Below, piece after piece: positions 30,648 to 32,000 of a DNA stretch of 32,000 bases. Under the pieces are notes generated by a model that was not told where the DNA came from, did not search any database, and worked only from the letters and a program-made list of their open reading frames with translations. Made by a program: the position numbers and the translations under genes. Within the stretch, counting starts at the first letter, position 1. Each line of letters starts with the position of its first letter. This DNA is from Patescibacteria group bacterium (GTDB lineage Bacteria; Patescibacteriota; Gracilibacteria; BD1-5; UBA2023). The DNA is taken from NCBI GenBank assembly GCA_049293675.1, contig JBAQBR010000001.1, positions 174,915 to 206,914 of the forward strand. The letters run 5' to 3'.

Positions 30648-31910
30648 ATGACAGTTTTTTTTCAAACCATCGATAGATCAGAAAGTGTACGAAACACTCC
30701 TGAGAAACCATCTCCATCTATACAAGAACAACTTGCTACTCTACGTGCAGAACTAGAAAAAAAGCCAGTAAAAAATATATACGAGCGTAAGGAAATACAG
30801 AGAAAGATTAAGCGACTCGAGCGACTCAACTCTGTGATGGAGTGAAAAAATATAGACGAGAAAAATCAGAAAGATGTTGCAGCTATACTCAAGGGAAAAA
30901 GCGCGGATACTATCAAAAACTCTGATATCCTCACTCTCCGTAAGAAAGGTGTAGATATAGCTAACCTCACTCTCGTAGACGAGAAAAATCCCGAAAAAGA
31001 AATCAAATCCTCTGAGATGGCCGTAGGAGAGAGTTTTGTTGTGAACTTTGGAAGCAATACCTCACTCCGAGATAGGACTGGAGCTGGAGATATCCTCCCG
31101 CCAAATATCAAAAATATTACAATTAATGGTGTTCCCTGTGAGAGAAGAAATACTCCCCGTCCAGGATATTATAATGAAAGATGAAAGTATCAGCCAGTAT
31201 ACGATGGATACAAAATTACAATCGTAGCATTGGGCACAACAACAGAAGAAGATACCAAGGCAAATGAGAGACAGTGGAAGAGAGAAAGACTAGAGGATAT
31301 GATACTTAATGAAGATAAGCCTCTAACAAACATACAAGACGATCTGGATTTAAAAGATGGCATTGAGGAATATAAAAATCGTTCAGAAAGAATAACTAAA
31401 TCTTTTACCCGTTGAGTGGATACTGTGCGGGCTAACTCATTTCGTCTTTCTGACTCTTGATGGGAAGGGATTGCCAATTCTGTCGGACTCTCATCTGATA
31501 AGATAAGCAATGTAAAAGCAATTATGTCTGCAATTGGTGAACACGAAAGCAACTCAAATTACCAAGCAATGGGACAGGTCTTACCAAGTGGTTCTCATGT
31601 ATGAACTGCCGCAATTTGAAGATACCAAGTAATGCCAAAGAATTGGGTTAGTTGGTCTGAGATATATTTTTGAGAACAACTCGAACCAACAGCTGAAAAT
31701 CAAGATAAAGTTGCCTTTGCAAGAATGTCTGAATATTATCTAAAGTACTCTCAGCGTTATGGAGATGATGAAGAATCAATATTTAGAGAAATTGCATGAG
31801 ACTGGTATGGAAGAGGTTCTGCGCAAATTGCATGACACCCAAACACATGAGGATACCAGTGATCTGTACTTGCTATATATAGGAGAATTAGTGATGCTAA
31901 TCAAGCCTAA
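30648..31910 (+). CDS. protein with N-terminal coiled/charged region and C-terminal lysozyme-like (lambda-R/GH104-type lytic transglycosylase) domain
   Basis: 420 aa; frame scanned, 11 TGAs, TAA stop at 31908-31910. C-terminal AIGEHESNSNYQAMG...SHV-G-TAAI-G-RYQVMPKNWVSWSEIYF-G-EQLEPTAENQDKVAFARMSEYY resembles the SEG...STGAGRYQLL..WW......F.P..QD.VA pattern of lambda endolysin R as I recall it. No signal peptide or TM segment seen. Confidence 0.75.
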
Positions 31911-31934
31911 AACAATCTCCCCTGCCCCTCATCT

Positions 31935-31958
31935 CCCGCCAATTCGGCGGGTTTTTTT
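31935..31958. terminator. rho-independent terminator
   Basis: GC-rich stem cccgcc (31935-31940) / ggcggg (31946-31951), followed by a T7 run. Confidence 0.8.
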
Positions 31959-32000
31959 ATGGTGTAGAGTTTTTTGAGTGTATCCTTGAGATCGTATCAG

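Noticed and set aside
1-32000. Genetic code 4 (UGA=Trp, Mollicutes-like).
   Set aside because: The positions hit by TGA are classic Gly positions (the DxGxG G1 box, SYGGSS, [14 protein letters not shown], NGDMVT), not Trp positions. Trp is still encoded by TGG.
31913-32000. The 3-prime end of a minus-strand gene entering from the right window edge.
   Set aside because: Only about 40-90 nt are available. One frame ends at 31957-31959 right at the terminator, and another would read through the hairpin. It cannot be resolved from this window.

Overview
This 32-kb chromosomal window (about 38-40% GC by eye) comes from a bacterium that reads UGA as glycine (translation table 25; Gracilibacteria/BD1-5 or Absconditabacteria/SR1-type CPR). 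In the standard-code ORF track every conserved gene is split. Every split is a TGA, never TAA or TAG, and the TGAs fall on invariant Gly positions. Re-translating by hand with TGA=Gly gives 30 CDS plus one tRNA-Ser(GGA), densely packed, with many clear rho-independent terminators.

Gene content:
- 1-2.3 kb: creA-like lipoprotein, folA, an MFS transporter.
- 2.4-9.2 kb: an AT-rich accessory island. It holds a multi-TM sensor histidine kinase, an OmpR/PhoB-type response regulator and four lineage-specific proteins.
- 9.2-14.6 kb: an AbrB-like regulator, a long membrane-fusion lipoprotein and an RND pump.
- 14.7-23.3 kb: htpX, a YkgJ Cys-cluster protein, map, ftsK flanked by two orphan genes, tRNA-Ser, a small membrane protein and ychF.
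- 23.3-31.9 kb: a cell-envelope block with a type IV pilin-like protein, an LPXTG surface protein, SEDS FtsW/RodA, ferredoxin, a Wzy/O-antigen-ligase-like protein, a GT-B glycosyltransferase, a FemAB-family transferase, a STAS protein and a protein with a lambda-lysozyme-like C-terminal domain.

Main observations:
1. UGA is recoded to Gly, and its usage is very uneven between conserved and orphan genes.
2. The island contains four promoters. Each carries 11-bp-phased TTGT(C/A)AC direct repeats (pho-box-like) ending exactly 10 bp upstream of the -10 hexamer. This looks like the self-contained regulon of the resident response regulator. It drives unknown proteins, one with a degenerate EAL-like domain.
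3. The GT-B glycosyltransferase has its two halves in inverted (C-then-N) order within one ORF.
4. A promoter-to-terminator unit of about 260 nt has no convincing ORF and is a candidate ncRNA.

No transposase, integrase, CRISPR array or recognisable defence gene was seen. All coordinates and translations were done by hand and should be re-derived computationally.
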